Under the pieces are notes generated by a model. It worked only from the letters and a program-made list of their open reading frames with translations, had not been told where the DNA came from and ran no database searches. Positions 23,642 through 34,749 of a stretch of 64,000 nt of DNA are shown here, in pieces (the stretch's first letter is position 1; each line of letters opens with the position of its first letter). This DNA is from an uncultured Gammaproteobacteria bacterium (GTDB lineage: Bacteria > Pseudomonadota > Gammaproteobacteria > UBA9214), in NCBI GenBank assembly GCA_963827755.1, contig CAWHCQ010000012.1:96001-160000 (forward strand), read 5' to 3'. A program made the position numbers and the translations under genes.

Positions 23642-23959
23642 TCAGTCACCCTGCAGGTCCAGGCCTTCCCTGTGTGTCTGGTTGATCATGTAAAGCAGGC
23701 GTATGCAGGGCAGTTGAATATCCGAAAGCTTCTTCACCAGGCGCATGTAGGGCAGGTCAGTCCGGCCGAACTGATAGCTGCCGTCAGCCATCGATGCACG
23801 CAGTTCACGCATATCCTTCATCAGGACATCCACAAACGATAAATCTCCCTGGTCCTCGTCAAAGGCATACCCGGTTACTTCCCTGATATCCTCGAGCTCG
23901 TCGATTACCTGTTCGATCAGCCTGACATACTCCTGTGCGGTCCTGGCACGCAGCCCCAT
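23642..23959 (-). CDS. hypothetical protein (105 aa), translationally coupled to prmB
   Basis: TAATG stop/start overlap with prmB; helical, acidic sequence. Confidence 0.75.
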   Translation of the reverse strand: MGLRARTAQEYVRLIEQVIDELEDIREVTGYAFDEDQGDLSFVDVLMKDMRELRASMADGSYQFGRTDLPYMRLVKKLSDIQLPCIRLLYMINQTHREGLDLQGD

Positions 23960-24924
23960 TATTCTGTAACCTCATGTTGAATTTCGCTTGCCAGGCCCCG
24001 CTCGACTGCAACCTGGCGAAACGTCTGTGCATGTTCCCGCAGGCGGGCTGCCTCCAGCAAAAACACCCCTTCGCCGCCATATTCAAAATCCAGCCACAGG
24101 AACGGGACCCGGGGGTATTGCTCAACCAGCCGCTGCTGCGAATGGCCGACCTCGACAACCAGTATGCCATTATCCTGAAGGCAGGCAGCGGCCTCGTTCA
24201 GGATGATGCTCACGATATCAAGACCATCCGATCCGGCAACCAGGCCCAGCGCAGGCTCATGCCGGAATTCTGCCGGTAACTCGAGTACTTCCTGCCGGGG
24301 CACATAGGGCGGGTTCGATACAATGATGTCATAGCGTGCAGCTGTCAATCCGGCAAACAGGTTCGACTCGATGGCTGTCACCCGGCTTTCGAGGTGATGA
24401 CGGCGGATATTCACGCCGGCGACTTCCAGCGCATCCGCCGAGATGTCTGCCATGTCAACACGAGCATCGGGGAATGCGCAGGCACAGGCAATGCCTATAC
24501 AGCCACTGCCGCAACACAGGTCAAGAATCCTGGTCACGCGCTGCGGATCGATCCACGGGGCGAACCCGGCCTCAACCAGTTCGGCAATTGGCGACCTGGG
24601 TACCAGCACCCGCTCATCCACATAAAATGACAGCCCCGCAAAACGGGCCTCGTTGAGCAGGTAGGCTGCGGGCTTGCGGCTGGCAACGCGTCGTTCGAGC
24701 AGCTCCATCACCCGTAGACAGTCTTTATCGTCCAGCGCAACATCGAGCGCCTCATCGGGCTCATCGTACCCGATATGCAGTTCATGCAGGACCAGCGCCG
24801 CCGCTTCATCCAGCGCATTGTCCGTTCCATGCCCGAAAAAAAGACCGGCCTGCTCAAACAACTCCGCGCCCCGGTGGATCAATAACCTTGGAGTTAGCGG
24901 TGATTCTGTTTCGAATAGCGTCAT
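23959..24924 (-). CDS. prmB: 50S ribosomal protein L3 glutamine methyltransferase
   Basis: GHGTDNALDEA, VLVPRSPIAEL, LDLCCGSGCI, SNPPY; near aroC. Confidence 0.95.
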   Translation of the reverse strand: MTLFETESPLTPRLLIHRGAELFEQAGLFFGHGTDNALDEAAALVLHELHIGYDEPDEALDVALDDKDCLRVMELLERRVASRKPAAYLLNEARFAGLSFYVDERVLVPRSPIAELVEAGFAPWIDPQRVTRILDLCCGSGCIGIACACAFPDARVDMADISADALEVAGVNIRRHHLESRVTAIESNLFAGLTAARYDIIVSNPPYVPRQEVLELPAEFRHEPALGLVAGSDGLDIVSIILNEAAACLQDNGILVVEVGHSQQRLVEQYPRVPFLWLDFEYGGEGVFLLEAARLREHAQTFRQVAVERGLASEIQHEVTE

Positions 24925-24988
24925 GACAGTGCGTTCCAGGTCAATGGACAGGGTGCTTCAGGCAACACTCTGTGAAATAATAACCACA

Positions 24989-25636
24989 ATGTCTACCCCC
25001 GCAAAACATCGAAACATCGCACGCATCCTGTTCCTGATAATTCTGGCCGTGCTGGCTACAGCGACGGGTATATGGTCTGCCACCGTGATACTGGACCGCC
25101 GGGCCGATCTGCAGGATCTGGAGGCAACCCGCTTCCCGGTGGCCCGGTCACTGGCCCCCTTTGAACTGGTAGACCACAACAACCGGGTGTTCAGTGAAGC
25201 AACGCTGCGAAACAGGTGGTCTTTTCTGTTCTTTGGCTACACCCACTGTCCGGATGTATGTCCAACCACGCTCAGCGTCCTGAACACGGTTGCCAACCGC
25301 CTGGAGGACGTCGACGCCGATGTGCGTTTTGTATTTGTCAGTGTTGACCCGGAACGGGATACCCCGGAACAACTTGCCAGGTTCGTGACTTATTTCAACG
25401 GAGAGTTCATCGGCCTGACCGGCTCAACGCAGCAAATCGAACAATTCACCAGGGATCTCGGCGTCATGCACATGCGGGTTGCAGCAGAAAAAAATACACC
25501 GGGCTATCTCGTCGACCATACGGCATCCGTGTTCCTGATCGACCCTGACGGCCGCTACCATGCGGTGTTCAGTCCACCACTGGCAGCGGATAAAATCACT
25601 GCCGATTTCAGAAAAATGCTCAAGGCCTATCACTAG
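24989..25636 (+). CDS. SCO1/SenC family copper chaperone
   Basis: N-terminal TM helix, FGYTHCPDVCP (CxxxC), SVDPERD, YLVDH. Confidence 0.92.
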   Translation: MSTPAKHRNIARILFLIILAVLATATGIWSATVILDRRADLQDLEATRFPVARSLAPFELVDHNNRVFSEATLRNRWSFLFFGYTHCPDVCPTTLSVLNTVANRLEDVDADVRFVFVSVDPERDTPEQLARFVTYFNGEFIGLTGSTQQIEQFTRDLGVMHMRVAAEKNTPGYLVDHTASVFLIDPDGRYHAVFSPPLAADKITADFRKMLKAYH

Positions 25637-25700
25637 ACCCGGTATCACTGCACGCCAGGACAGCAGCACCCGATTCACTACAACACACTCGAACCAGCCA

Positions 25701-26165
25701 ATGAGAACAACACCCCTGTCGCTTTACCTTGTCATGTTGACTGCCCTGTGTCTGTGCAACACTGCACAGGCCGCGACACTTGAAATCTTCCATCCCTGGG
25801 TCAGGGAGGCACCCCCGTCCAGCCGGGTGCTGGCCGCCTACATGACCGTCAAAAACCCGGGAGATGCCGCCATCAGCATCGAAGGGATCTCCAGTCCTGA
25901 TTTTGAATCTGCCGAAGTACACCGCACCGTCGTCCACGAAGGCATGGCGCGCATGCTGCATATCAAACAACTCGAGATACCGGCAATGGGAACGGTCAGG
26001 CTGGAACCCGGCGGGCTGCACCTGATGCTGTTTAACCCGAACCGTTCGCTGGCCACCGGTGACAGCGTCACCCTGACCCTGCACCTTGGCAACGGCATCT
26101 GCCTGACACTGGACATGCCCGTTATACGACAGGCAGCCGATGACCGGGCGCCCCGACACCATTAA
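25701..26165 (+). CDS. periplasmic copper chaperone PCu(A)C
   Basis: Signal peptide; H-x6-M..M and PGGLHLML motif. Confidence 0.9.
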   Translation: MRTTPLSLYLVMLTALCLCNTAQAATLEIFHPWVREAPPSSRVLAAYMTVKNPGDAAISIEGISSPDFESAEVHRTVVHEGMARMLHIKQLEIPAMGTVRLEPGGLHLMLFNPNRSLATGDSVTLTLHLGNGICLTLDMPVIRQAADDRAPRHH

Positions 26166-26183
26166 ATCCCCAGGTTCAGCAGG

Positions 26184-27068
26184 ATGACCCCGACAAACGC
26201 AAGCCTCCCGGACCTGCTAAAGTCCTGGCCCCTGGCCATCCTGCCGCACCAGCTGCTGTCCAGGCTGGTGCGCAGCGCGACACGCTGGAAAACCGCTTTC
26301 TGGAAAAATACCCTCATCGGGCTGTTCATCAGGCACTTCGATGTCGACATGACAGAAGCGGAATTTCCGAATGCAAAAGACTATGCCGATTTCAACAGCT
26401 TTTTTACCCGGGCCCTCAGGGCCGGCGTCCGGCCGGTTGACCGGGACCCGCAGGCCATTCTCTCCCCGGTGGATGGGCGCGTCAGCGAGGCAGGCGCTAT
26501 CAGCAACGGGCGCCTGATCCAGGCAAAAGGCCGTGACTACTCACTCAACACCTTGCTCGGGGGTGATGAAAACCGCGCGCATCCTTTCGAGGCCGGCAGC
26601 TTTGCCACCCTCTACCTGTCACCGCGCGATTATCACCGCATCCATATGCCCTGCAGGGGGCGGCTGCTGGAAACCGCTTACATTCCAGGCAGGTTATTCA
26701 GCGTAGGCCCGCACACGGTCCGCGCCATCCCGAACCTGTTTACCCGCAATGAACGCCTGGTCACCCTGTTTGAGACGGACGCCGGGCCCATGGCGGTCAT
26801 CCTGGTCGGCGCCATTTTCGTGTCCTGCATGGAAACCGCCTGGGGCGGCATCGCCAACCCGGACATGGGCGCTGACTTGCAAACCACATCCTTTGATCAA
26901 CCCGGGAGTACACCGGTCGAGCTCCAGCCGGGTGACGAGATGGGGCGATTCAACATGGGCTCAACCGTGATACTGCTCTATGGCCCCGGCCGGGTTGACT
27001 GGGTCGACAAGCTGCGCAACGGCCAGCAGGTGCGCATGGGAGAGGCGATCGGCCGGCAGTTGCGCTGA
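26184..27068 (+). CDS. psd: phosphatidylserine decarboxylase proenzyme
   Basis: FNSFFTR, SPVDG, YLSPRDYHRIH, MGST autocleavage motif. Confidence 0.95.
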   Translation: MTPTNASLPDLLKSWPLAILPHQLLSRLVRSATRWKTAFWKNTLIGLFIRHFDVDMTEAEFPNAKDYADFNSFFTRALRAGVRPVDRDPQAILSPVDGRVSEAGAISNGRLIQAKGRDYSLNTLLGGDENRAHPFEAGSFATLYLSPRDYHRIHMPCRGRLLETAYIPGRLFSVGPHTVRAIPNLFTRNERLVTLFETDAGPMAVILVGAIFVSCMETAWGGIANPDMGADLQTTSFDQPGSTPVELQPGDEMGRFNMGSTVILLYGPGRVDWVDKLRNGQQVRMGEAIGRQLR

Positions 27069-27085
27069 ATATCGAGTAATCACCT

Positions 27086-27112
27086 GTTAACCAAACGTGC
27101 GCCCCCCCGTTA
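27086..27112 (+). promoter_or_regulatory. putative ECF-sigma promoter
   Basis: GTTAACC...CGTTA with AAC-N16-CGT spacing, upstream of the His-rich gene that precedes an ECF sigma factor. Confidence 0.45.
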
Positions 27113-27147
27113 GCGGCTTATGAGTCAACCAGAAAGGAGCCGCACTC

Positions 27148-27492
27148 ATGAAAATTCGTTCACTGTTCATTCCGACATTCCTTGCAGTGGGCCTGTCGCT
27201 TGGTTTGTCGACCTCTGCCCAGGCAAGAGACACGCATTATTCCGTCATCCTGCACGGTGGCGATCACGGCTATGCTCACACCGGGCACCAGCGTGACTAC
27301 CGACGTCATTTCAAACATCACCGCCGCGCTTGTGATTATCGTGGCCATGGGCATCACAAGCGTCATTACGGCCGCCTTGATCCGTACCATAGTGATCGCT
27401 ACCGGAAACATCACAAGCGCGACAAACAGCACGGATACCGGCGGGACAGAGACCATCATGACGACCATGGCCGCGGCCGCCACAGGGGTTAG
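27148..27492 (+). CDS. secreted His/Arg-rich small protein
   Basis: AAGGAG RBS; signal peptide ending AQA; about 20 His in the mature region of roughly 87 aa. Confidence 0.8.
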   Translation: MKIRSLFIPTFLAVGLSLGLSTSAQARDTHYSVILHGGDHGYAHTGHQRDYRRHFKHHRRACDYRGHGHHKRHYGRLDPYHSDRYRKHHKRDKQHGYRRDRDHHDDHGRGRHRG

Positions 27493-27640
27493 TCCAGGGC
27501 ATGAATCGGTTATACTGCACGGACTGGTGCGGTGTGTCCCGGCAACGGGACACACCGTAAAAGTTATCACCATGGATTGCCCGAAAGCGCTCTGCATCGC
27601 CAGTACCGGGCGCATTCCCGACCATCGCCCTGGAGCTGTT

Positions 27641-28243
27641 TTGCCCCTGGACCAGCAAAAAAACCGGCAACTGGAAAGCTTCTTCACAGACTGGGAAGAA
27701 CGGGCATTTTATATTGCCTATGCCGCCCTCTGGGACAGGGAGTCCTCGCTGGATGCCGTCCAGGAGAGCATGACCCGGTTGATAGAATACTACCGTGACA
27801 AACCGGCTGAGGAATGGCCGGCGCTGTTCCGCACCATTCTGAACAGCAAGATCAACGATATTCGACGCCGGCGAATGCTGGAACAGGGCAAGCACAAACT
27901 GGTGTCATTGACCGGCCTCTTCCAGAAAGACAGGGAAGAGACCGGGGCGAACACGGAATATGAACTGCCGGCCGACGGCCGCGATGACGATATAACCGCT
28001 CCGGAGGCGGAAATTGTCGCCACAGAACTGCGCAGCAAGGTGGCCGATGCCTTGCAATCGCTCTCTGAAAGACAACGTCAGGTATTTATTCTCAGGGAAT
28101 GGCGTGGTATGACTATCAATGAAACAGCGCAGACGCTCGGCTGCTCGAAAAACAGCGTCAAGCAGCACCATTTTCGGGCGCTGCGTACATTACGCGTGGA
28201 ACTAGCGGAGGTGTGGGATCATGCACAGCACACAACATCCTGA
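27641..28243 (+). CDS. ECF-family RNA polymerase sigma factor
   Basis: Region 2 LDAVQE...W..LFRTILNSKIND..RR and region 4 LS.RQRQVFILR...ETAQTLG.S..SVKQH..RA; TTG start after GGAG (start inferred). Confidence 0.9.
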   Translation: MPLDQQKNRQLESFFTDWEERAFYIAYAALWDRESSLDAVQESMTRLIEYYRDKPAEEWPALFRTILNSKINDIRRRRMLEQGKHKLVSLTGLFQKDREETGANTEYELPADGRDDDITAPEAEIVATELRSKVADALQSLSERQRQVFILREWRGMTINETAQTLGCSKNSVKQHHFRALRTLRVELAEVWDHAQHTTS

Positions 28244-28691
28244 CCCGGAACAGCTGGATCGGCTGCGTGCCGGCCTGCTGGATGACAAGGCCGATGAAAA
28301 AAGGTCACTGGAAAAGCATCTCGAAGACTGCCCGTCCTGCCAGTCGCACTACACCAGCTGGCAGCAACTCGGCCCCGCAGCACTGGGGCCGCAGCTGGGC
28401 ACGGCATCACTGGGCAGCTCCCTGCAACAGGCACGCCGGCAGGCCCTGGATAACGCAGATACACGCCATTCGCGCTCATACACCCGTTACGCAACAGCGG
28501 CACTGCTGCTGGTCGCAGTATCGATCGGTTTCTGGGTGGCCCAGCCGGAATTCCAGGAGACACAGCTGGCGACGGCGGAGTCTGGCCAGGAGGTTCCGGA
28601 CCTGTATGAAGATATAGACTTTTACCTCTGGCTTGCCGGGCAGAATGGTAATAGCATCGATAATGAAGACACCAACCCGAACAATACCTGA
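28221..28691 (+). CDS. putative zinc-binding anti-sigma factor, single TM
   Basis: HLEDCPSC (HxxxCxxC ZAS motif), TM helix, DLYEDIDFYLWL motif; overlaps the sigma gene. Confidence 0.8.
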   Translation: MHSTQHPDPEQLDRLRAGLLDDKADEKRSLEKHLEDCPSCQSHYTSWQQLGPAALGPQLGTASLGSSLQQARRQALDNADTRHSRSYTRYATAALLLVAVSIGFWVAQPEFQETQLATAESGQEVPDLYEDIDFYLWLAGQNGNSIDNEDTNPNNT

Positions 28692-28692
28692 C

Positions 28693-29016
28693 ATGAGCCC
28701 TGTGATCGCCATACGGTCCGTGCTGCTGGTGCTGGCTTTGATGGCCAGCTCCCAGGCCGCGCTTGCGGCCAGGGGTATACCCTGGAATTCCCTGGACGAG
28801 ACCGAGCAGTCGGCGTTGCAGCAGTACCGGGGAAACTGGTCGAACATTGCCCCGGAAGAACAGCAAAAACTGCGCCAGGGTGCGCGCAAGTACCTCAAGC
28901 TCAGCCCGCAACAGCGTCAGGCAGTCGAGCGAAAACGCAATCAATATGAAAAAATGCCCCCGCAGCAACGCCAGCAGTTACGCAGGGAATATCGCAAACA
29001 GAAACAGCAAAGATAA
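28693..29016 (+). CDS. DUF3106-like periplasmic helical protein
   Basis: Signal peptide; repeated W..L...EQ/LSPQQR/MPPQQR units; usual third gene of this kind of ECF operon. Confidence 0.7.
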   Translation: MSPVIAIRSVLLVLALMASSQAALAARGIPWNSLDETEQSALQQYRGNWSNIAPEEQQKLRQGARKYLKLSPQQRQAVERKRNQYEKMPPQQRQQLRREYRKQKQQR

Positions 29017-29130
29017 TCCCCCGTCCGGGCGGTACGGCTCATACCACCACGCTTACCACTGACAGCCCTTCTCTGCTATGCTTCGCGCGCCCGCTCACCG
29101 GGTACTTGAACAGAATACAGGCAGGCAATC

Positions 29131-29928
29131 ATGCACCCCACCCTGAATATCGCTGTCCGAGCGGCACGTAGCGCCGGCAACGTCATCATCCGCAATCTTG
29201 GCAAGCTCGACTCGCTGACCGTACACTCGAAGAATCGCAATGATTTCGTCAGCGAAGTGGACACGCAGGCCGAGCAGGAAATCATCCACATCCTGCGCAA
29301 GGCCTTCCCCGACCATGGCATCCTTGCAGAAGAAAGCGGTCATCACGATGGCGATGCCTATCAATGGGTCATCGACCCGCTGGATGGTACGACAAACTTC
29401 CTCCATGGTTTTCCACAGTTCGCCGTATCCATCGCCCTGAGGCACAAGGGCAGACTGGAACAGGGCGTCGTCTATGATCCGTTGCGCCAGGAACTGTTTA
29501 CCGCGACTCGCGGAGCCGGCGCCATGTTGAACGACCGCCGCATTCGGGTAACAAGTCGCAAGTCACTCGACGGTGCCTTGCTGGGTACCGGCTTTCCGTT
29601 TAAATCGCAACAGCATCTGGACGCCTACCTGGATATGTTCCGTGTCCTGTTTCCCCGGTCAGCCGGGATCAGGCGCGCCGGCTCAGCCGCTCTCGACCTC
29701 GCCTATGTCGCCAGCGGCCGCCTCGATGGCTTCTGGGAGATCGGTTTGAGCATATGGGACATGGCTGCAGGCATTCTGCTGATCCAGGAAGCAGGCGGCC
29801 TGTGTGCTGATTTCACCGGCGGGCATGATTATTTGGGCAACGGAAACCTGGTCACCGCCAACCCGAAACTGTTTGCTGAAATCCTGAAAACCATTCGCCC
29901 CTTCGTGACAGACGAACTGCGTACCTGA
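29131..29928 (+). CDS. suhB: inositol monophosphatase / Nus factor SuhB
   Basis: MHPTLNIAVRAAR, WVIDPLDGTTNF, RRAGSAALDL, WDMAAG. Confidence 0.96.
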   Translation: MHPTLNIAVRAARSAGNVIIRNLGKLDSLTVHSKNRNDFVSEVDTQAEQEIIHILRKAFPDHGILAEESGHHDGDAYQWVIDPLDGTTNFLHGFPQFAVSIALRHKGRLEQGVVYDPLRQELFTATRGAGAMLNDRRIRVTSRKSLDGALLGTGFPFKSQQHLDAYLDMFRVLFPRSAGIRRAGSAALDLAYVASGRLDGFWEIGLSIWDMAAGILLIQEAGGLCADFTGGHDYLGNGNLVTANPKLFAEILKTIRPFVTDELRT

Positions 29929-30015
29929 TTACTCCCGCCGGGCGTCCACCGGGCTGGCTGCGCAATCGCCGCTGCCGGGAAAGGATTTCACGCCCGCGAA
30001 CACCCCCGGCCGGGT

Positions 30016-30042
30016 TCAAGTTTGATGTCCGGGTGCCGATTA
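30016..30042 (+). promoter_or_regulatory. putative sigma28 (FliA) promoter
   Basis: TCAAG-N14-GCCGATTA, close to the Pseudomonas-type FliA consensus TCAAG-N14-GCCGATAA, 60 bp upstream of the 75-aa ORF. Confidence 0.68.
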
Positions 30043-30102
30043 TTGAGCCATATAGATGCTGCATCCCGGGCCCCACCGGGTTGATAAACAGGATAAATAG
30101 AT

Positions 30103-30330
30103 ATGGCTAACTCATTAAAAGGGAAGAAGATTAATAATAGCGCCATGGAGGTTATCATGCGCGATGTCCTGCATGGGATGGCAGAGTTCACTCGGGACAA
30201 CAGCTGCGGCAGCCAGCTCGGCAACCTGGAAATCATCGCCGTTGAGAGTCCGCGCCGTCATCTGCCGACGAGCGCCAGGATACTGCCCTTTCCTTTAGCC
30301 GGAACGACTTCCACAAAAAAACAGCCGTAA
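30103..30330 (+). CDS. small hypothetical protein (75 aa; alternative starts 30145 or 30157)
   Basis: Fills the suhB-secF gap, preceded by a sigma28-like promoter; GGAGG precedes the internal ATG 30157; ends with an ARILPFP motif. Confidence 0.55.
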   Translation: MANSLKGKKINNSAMEVIMRDVLHGMAEFTRDNSCGSQLGNLEIIAVESPRRHLPTSARILPFPLAGTTSTKKQP

Positions 30331-30357
30331 CGGCATCCGCCAGTGTCACACGGCAGT

Positions 30358-31296
30358 TTAAATACTGCTGCCTTCCTGTCCTTCCTCTTCTTTTTTCGCC
30401 GGCATTAAATCGGCCTTGGTGACACCCAGCGCCAGTGTGGCGGTACTTGCCACGTAGATCGATGAATAGGTGCCAACCACAACACCGAGAATCAGGGCCA
30501 GGGAGAACCCGTGAATCACTTCCCCGCCAAAAACAAACAGGGACGTCAGCACAATCAATGTGGTCAGCGAGGTCATCAAGGTTCGTGACAGGGTCTGGTT
30601 GATAGAGGCATTTATTACCTGTATCGAAGTCCGCTTGCGCATTTTACGGAAGTTTTCGCGGATCCGGTCAAACACCACGATGGTATCGTTGAGCGAGTAG
30701 CCGATAACCGCGAGCAGGGCCGCGACCACTGTGAGATCAAAATCGCTCTGGGTCAACGAAAAGAAGCCGACAATAATGAGCACATCGTGAATGAGAGCGG
30801 CGACAGCCCCGGGCGCAAAGCGCCACTGGAAACGGACAATAATATAGAGAAGAATCCCGATCAGCGCGTAGATCATCGCCAGGGCACCCTGCTCAGTCAG
30901 TTCCTTGCCAACCTGCGGACCAACAAATTCAACACGACGCATCTCGACGCTTGCATCCTGCTTACGCAAGGCTGCGAGCACATCCTCGCTAAGCTGGGCA
31001 CTTTTTTTGCCTTCACGGGGCGCGATCCGTATGAGGACATCACGCGAGGTGCCGAAATGCTGTGCCTGCGCCAGGTCGAAACCTGCATCGGACAGCACTG
31101 CACGAATCGTTTCCAGCTCCGCGGGTTGCGGGTAGCCAACCTCGATCAATGTGCCACCGGTAAAATCAATGCCCAGGTTCAACCCCTTGTACAGCAGTGA
31201 ACCCGCAGCAATAACAAGCATCAATGAAGATACTATGACGGCAAAACGCCGCTTGCCCATAAAATCAATATTCAGTTTGCCTTTTAAAAGTCGCAT
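30358..31296 (-). CDS. secF: protein translocase subunit SecF
   Basis: GIDFTGG, VGPQVG, IGYSLNDTIVVFDRIREN, GTYSSI. Confidence 0.97.
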   Translation of the reverse strand: MRLLKGKLNIDFMGKRRFAVIVSSLMLVIAAGSLLYKGLNLGIDFTGGTLIEVGYPQPAELETIRAVLSDAGFDLAQAQHFGTSRDVLIRIAPREGKKSAQLSEDVLAALRKQDASVEMRRVEFVGPQVGKELTEQGALAMIYALIGILLYIIVRFQWRFAPGAVAALIHDVLIIVGFFSLTQSDFDLTVVAALLAVIGYSLNDTIVVFDRIRENFRKMRKRTSIQVINASINQTLSRTLMTSLTTLIVLTSLFVFGGEVIHGFSLALILGVVVGTYSSIYVASTATLALGVTKADLMPAKKEEEGQEGSSI

Positions 31297-31315
31297 GCTT
31301 ATCCGCCTTCAGCCA

Positions 31316-33172
31316 TCAAATCGACAGCCGGGAAACACGCCGGCCACCATAGACAAGGTTTATCACTGCACGGGTACCCATAATGGCAGTGAACATCGAG
31401 GTTAATATCCCGATCGACAGGGTCACTGCAAAGCCCTTGACAGGACCCGTTCCATAACTCAACAGGACAACGGCAGCAATCAGGGTGGTGATATTTGCGT
31501 CGGCGATCGTGGAAAACGCCTTCTCGTATCCGGCCTGTATACTCGCCTGCGGACTGTTGCCGTTACGCAGTTCTTCCCTTATACGTTCGAAAATCAACAC
31601 ATTCGCATCCACTGCCATACCCACTGTCAGCACGATACCGGCGATACCAGGCAAGGTCAGCGTCGCCTGCAACATCGAGAGGATAGCGATGATCAGTACG
31701 AGGTTCACTGTCAGCGCAATATCCGCAACCAGCCCGAACAAGCGGTAGTAAAGCACCATAAAAACCAGCACTGCACAAAACCCGATCAGCACCGAGTTAA
31801 AACCCTGGTCGATATTATCCTTACCCATGCTCGGACCGATGGTGCGCTCCTCGACAATCTCGATCGGCGCTGCCAGCGCACCGGAGCGTAACAGGAGCGC
31901 CAGTTCGTGCGCTTCTCCGGGACTGTCCAGGCCGGTAGTCTGGAAGCGCTTGCTGAAGACGCCCTGTATGGTGGCGACACTCACCACGTCCTCAACCTTT
32001 TTCCTGGTCTTCACAGGTTTGCCGTCCACGAGGCGTGTTTCCGTCTTGTTCTCGATAAATACCACGGCCATTGGCTTGCCGACACTTACCTTGGTGAACT
32101 TCAACATGCTGCGCGCACCTTTTGCATCGAGCATGACAGTCACATTAGGTGAGCCTGATTGCTGGTCAAAACCGGAATTGGCATTGATGATCTGGTCACC
32201 GGTCACGATAACCGATTTCTTCAACAGGACCGGGGTGCCATCGCGGCTGTAATACAGCCTGGAACCGGCAGGAACCTTGCCCGCAACGGCAGCTTCCAGG
32301 TCATGCTCAACGTCGACCGCGCGGTATTCAAGCGTTGCTGTTGCCCCGAGTATTTTCTTCGCCTGCGCCGTGTCCTGCACACCCGGCAACTGCACAACAA
32401 TACGCTCGGTTCCCTGTTGCTGGATAATGGGTTCCGCCACCCCCAGTTCGTTGACACGATTACGCAGGGTGAGAATATTCTGCTGCAGGGCCAGCTGCTG
32501 AATTTCCTTTATCTCGTTCTCGTCAGGCCTGGCAAACAGGGAAGGCTTGTCCGCATCATCCCCTGTCTCGAGCTGCAGCCTCGGGCTGTCTTTTCTGATA
32601 AGGGCATAGGCCCGCTCGCGGTCTTCGCTGTTGCGGAAAATAATCTGCACGCCCTGTTTCTGGGAACGTACGCTGGAGTAGCGTATTTTCGCTTCCCGCA
32701 ACAGTGTGCGCAGGCCCGCGTTGTAGCTGTCGATAGACTTCTGGGTTGCAGCATCAATATCCACCTCCATGAGGAAGTGAACACCACCACGCAGATCAAG
32801 GCCCAGGTACATGGGCAAGGCATTAAAAGTGTCCAGCCACGCCGGTGTGGCGGGCGCCAGGTTCAGTGCAATGATGTAATCCGTCCCGAGTGCAGCCTGG
32901 GCATACTCAACGGCCTTCAGCTGCTCTTCGGTATCATCAAAACGGATCAACAGCTTGCCGGCGCCGGATTCAACGGACTTCCTGGTGATGCCGGCCTCAT
33001 CAAGCGTTTGCAGCAGCCTGTCCGTTACGCTGTCATCGAGAACGGCATTACGCGTACCGGATATCTGCAGCGCCGGATCCTCGCCATAAAGGTTCGGTAG
33101 CGCGTAGATTGCGCCAATCACCAGCACAAAGACAATGAGAAGGTACTTCCAAACCGGGTACTGGTTAGTCAT
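31316..33172 (-). CDS. secD: protein translocase subunit SecD
   Basis: LGLDLRGG, RVNELGVAEP, GMAVDANVLIFERIREE. Confidence 0.97.
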   Translation of the reverse strand: MTNQYPVWKYLLIVFVLVIGAIYALPNLYGEDPALQISGTRNAVLDDSVTDRLLQTLDEAGITRKSVESGAGKLLIRFDDTEEQLKAVEYAQAALGTDYIIALNLAPATPAWLDTFNALPMYLGLDLRGGVHFLMEVDIDAATQKSIDSYNAGLRTLLREAKIRYSSVRSQKQGVQIIFRNSEDRERAYALIRKDSPRLQLETGDDADKPSLFARPDENEIKEIQQLALQQNILTLRNRVNELGVAEPIIQQQGTERIVVQLPGVQDTAQAKKILGATATLEYRAVDVEHDLEAAVAGKVPAGSRLYYSRDGTPVLLKKSVIVTGDQIINANSGFDQQSGSPNVTVMLDAKGARSMLKFTKVSVGKPMAVVFIENKTETRLVDGKPVKTRKKVEDVVSVATIQGVFSKRFQTTGLDSPGEAHELALLLRSGALAAPIEIVEERTIGPSMGKDNIDQGFNSVLIGFCAVLVFMVLYYRLFGLVADIALTVNLVLIIAILSMLQATLTLPGIAGIVLTVGMAVDANVLIFERIREELRNGNSPQASIQAGYEKAFSTIADANITTLIAAVVLLSYGTGPVKGFAVTLSIGILTSMFTAIMGTRAVINLVYGGRRVSRLSI

Positions 33173-33192
33173 TACGGGCCGTCCTTTTGGCG

Positions 33193-33516
33193 TTACAGCT
33201 CTTTGATCGTTCCCTTCGGCATGAGCATGGAAACTGCATGGCGCTGAACTTTCAGGTTCACACCGTCGGCAACCTCAAGCTCTATAAAATTGTCCCCGAG
33301 CTTTACAATCTTTCCCAGCACACCGCCGTTGGTAACAATCTCGTCGCCCTTGGCCAGCGCCCCGATCATCAGTTTCTGTTCCTTGGCCTTTTTACTTTGC
33401 GGGCGAATCAACAAAAAATAGAAGATGACGAAAATGACAATCAACGGTAAAAAACTTGTCAGCGCATCACCCTGTGCCTGGGGCGCTGCCATCGCATCTG
33501 AGATAAAGAAATTCAT
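33193..33516 (-). CDS. yajC: preprotein translocase subunit YajC
   Basis: FYFLLIRPQ, GDEIVTNGG. Confidence 0.96.
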   Translation of the reverse strand: MNFFISDAMAAPQAQGDALTSFLPLIVIFVIFYFLLIRPQSKKAKEQKLMIGALAKGDEIVTNGGVLGKIVKLGDNFIELEVADGVNLKVQRHAVSMLMPKGTIKEL

Positions 33517-33618
33517 GCCTGCTGTTCACTCCTTAAATAGGTTTGTATCCCGGTTCATCGAACGGCTGATCCGCCCGTACTGCCCGTACCGGCCGGACTG
33601 CCCCGGCCAAAGCGGGCA

Positions 33619-34749
<1,131 letters not shown>

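Noticed and set aside
27182-27640. N-terminal 150-aa extension of the ECF sigma factor (353-aa ORF call)
   Set aside because: It overlaps the His-rich gene in another frame. Sigma homology and an RBS start only at about 27641.
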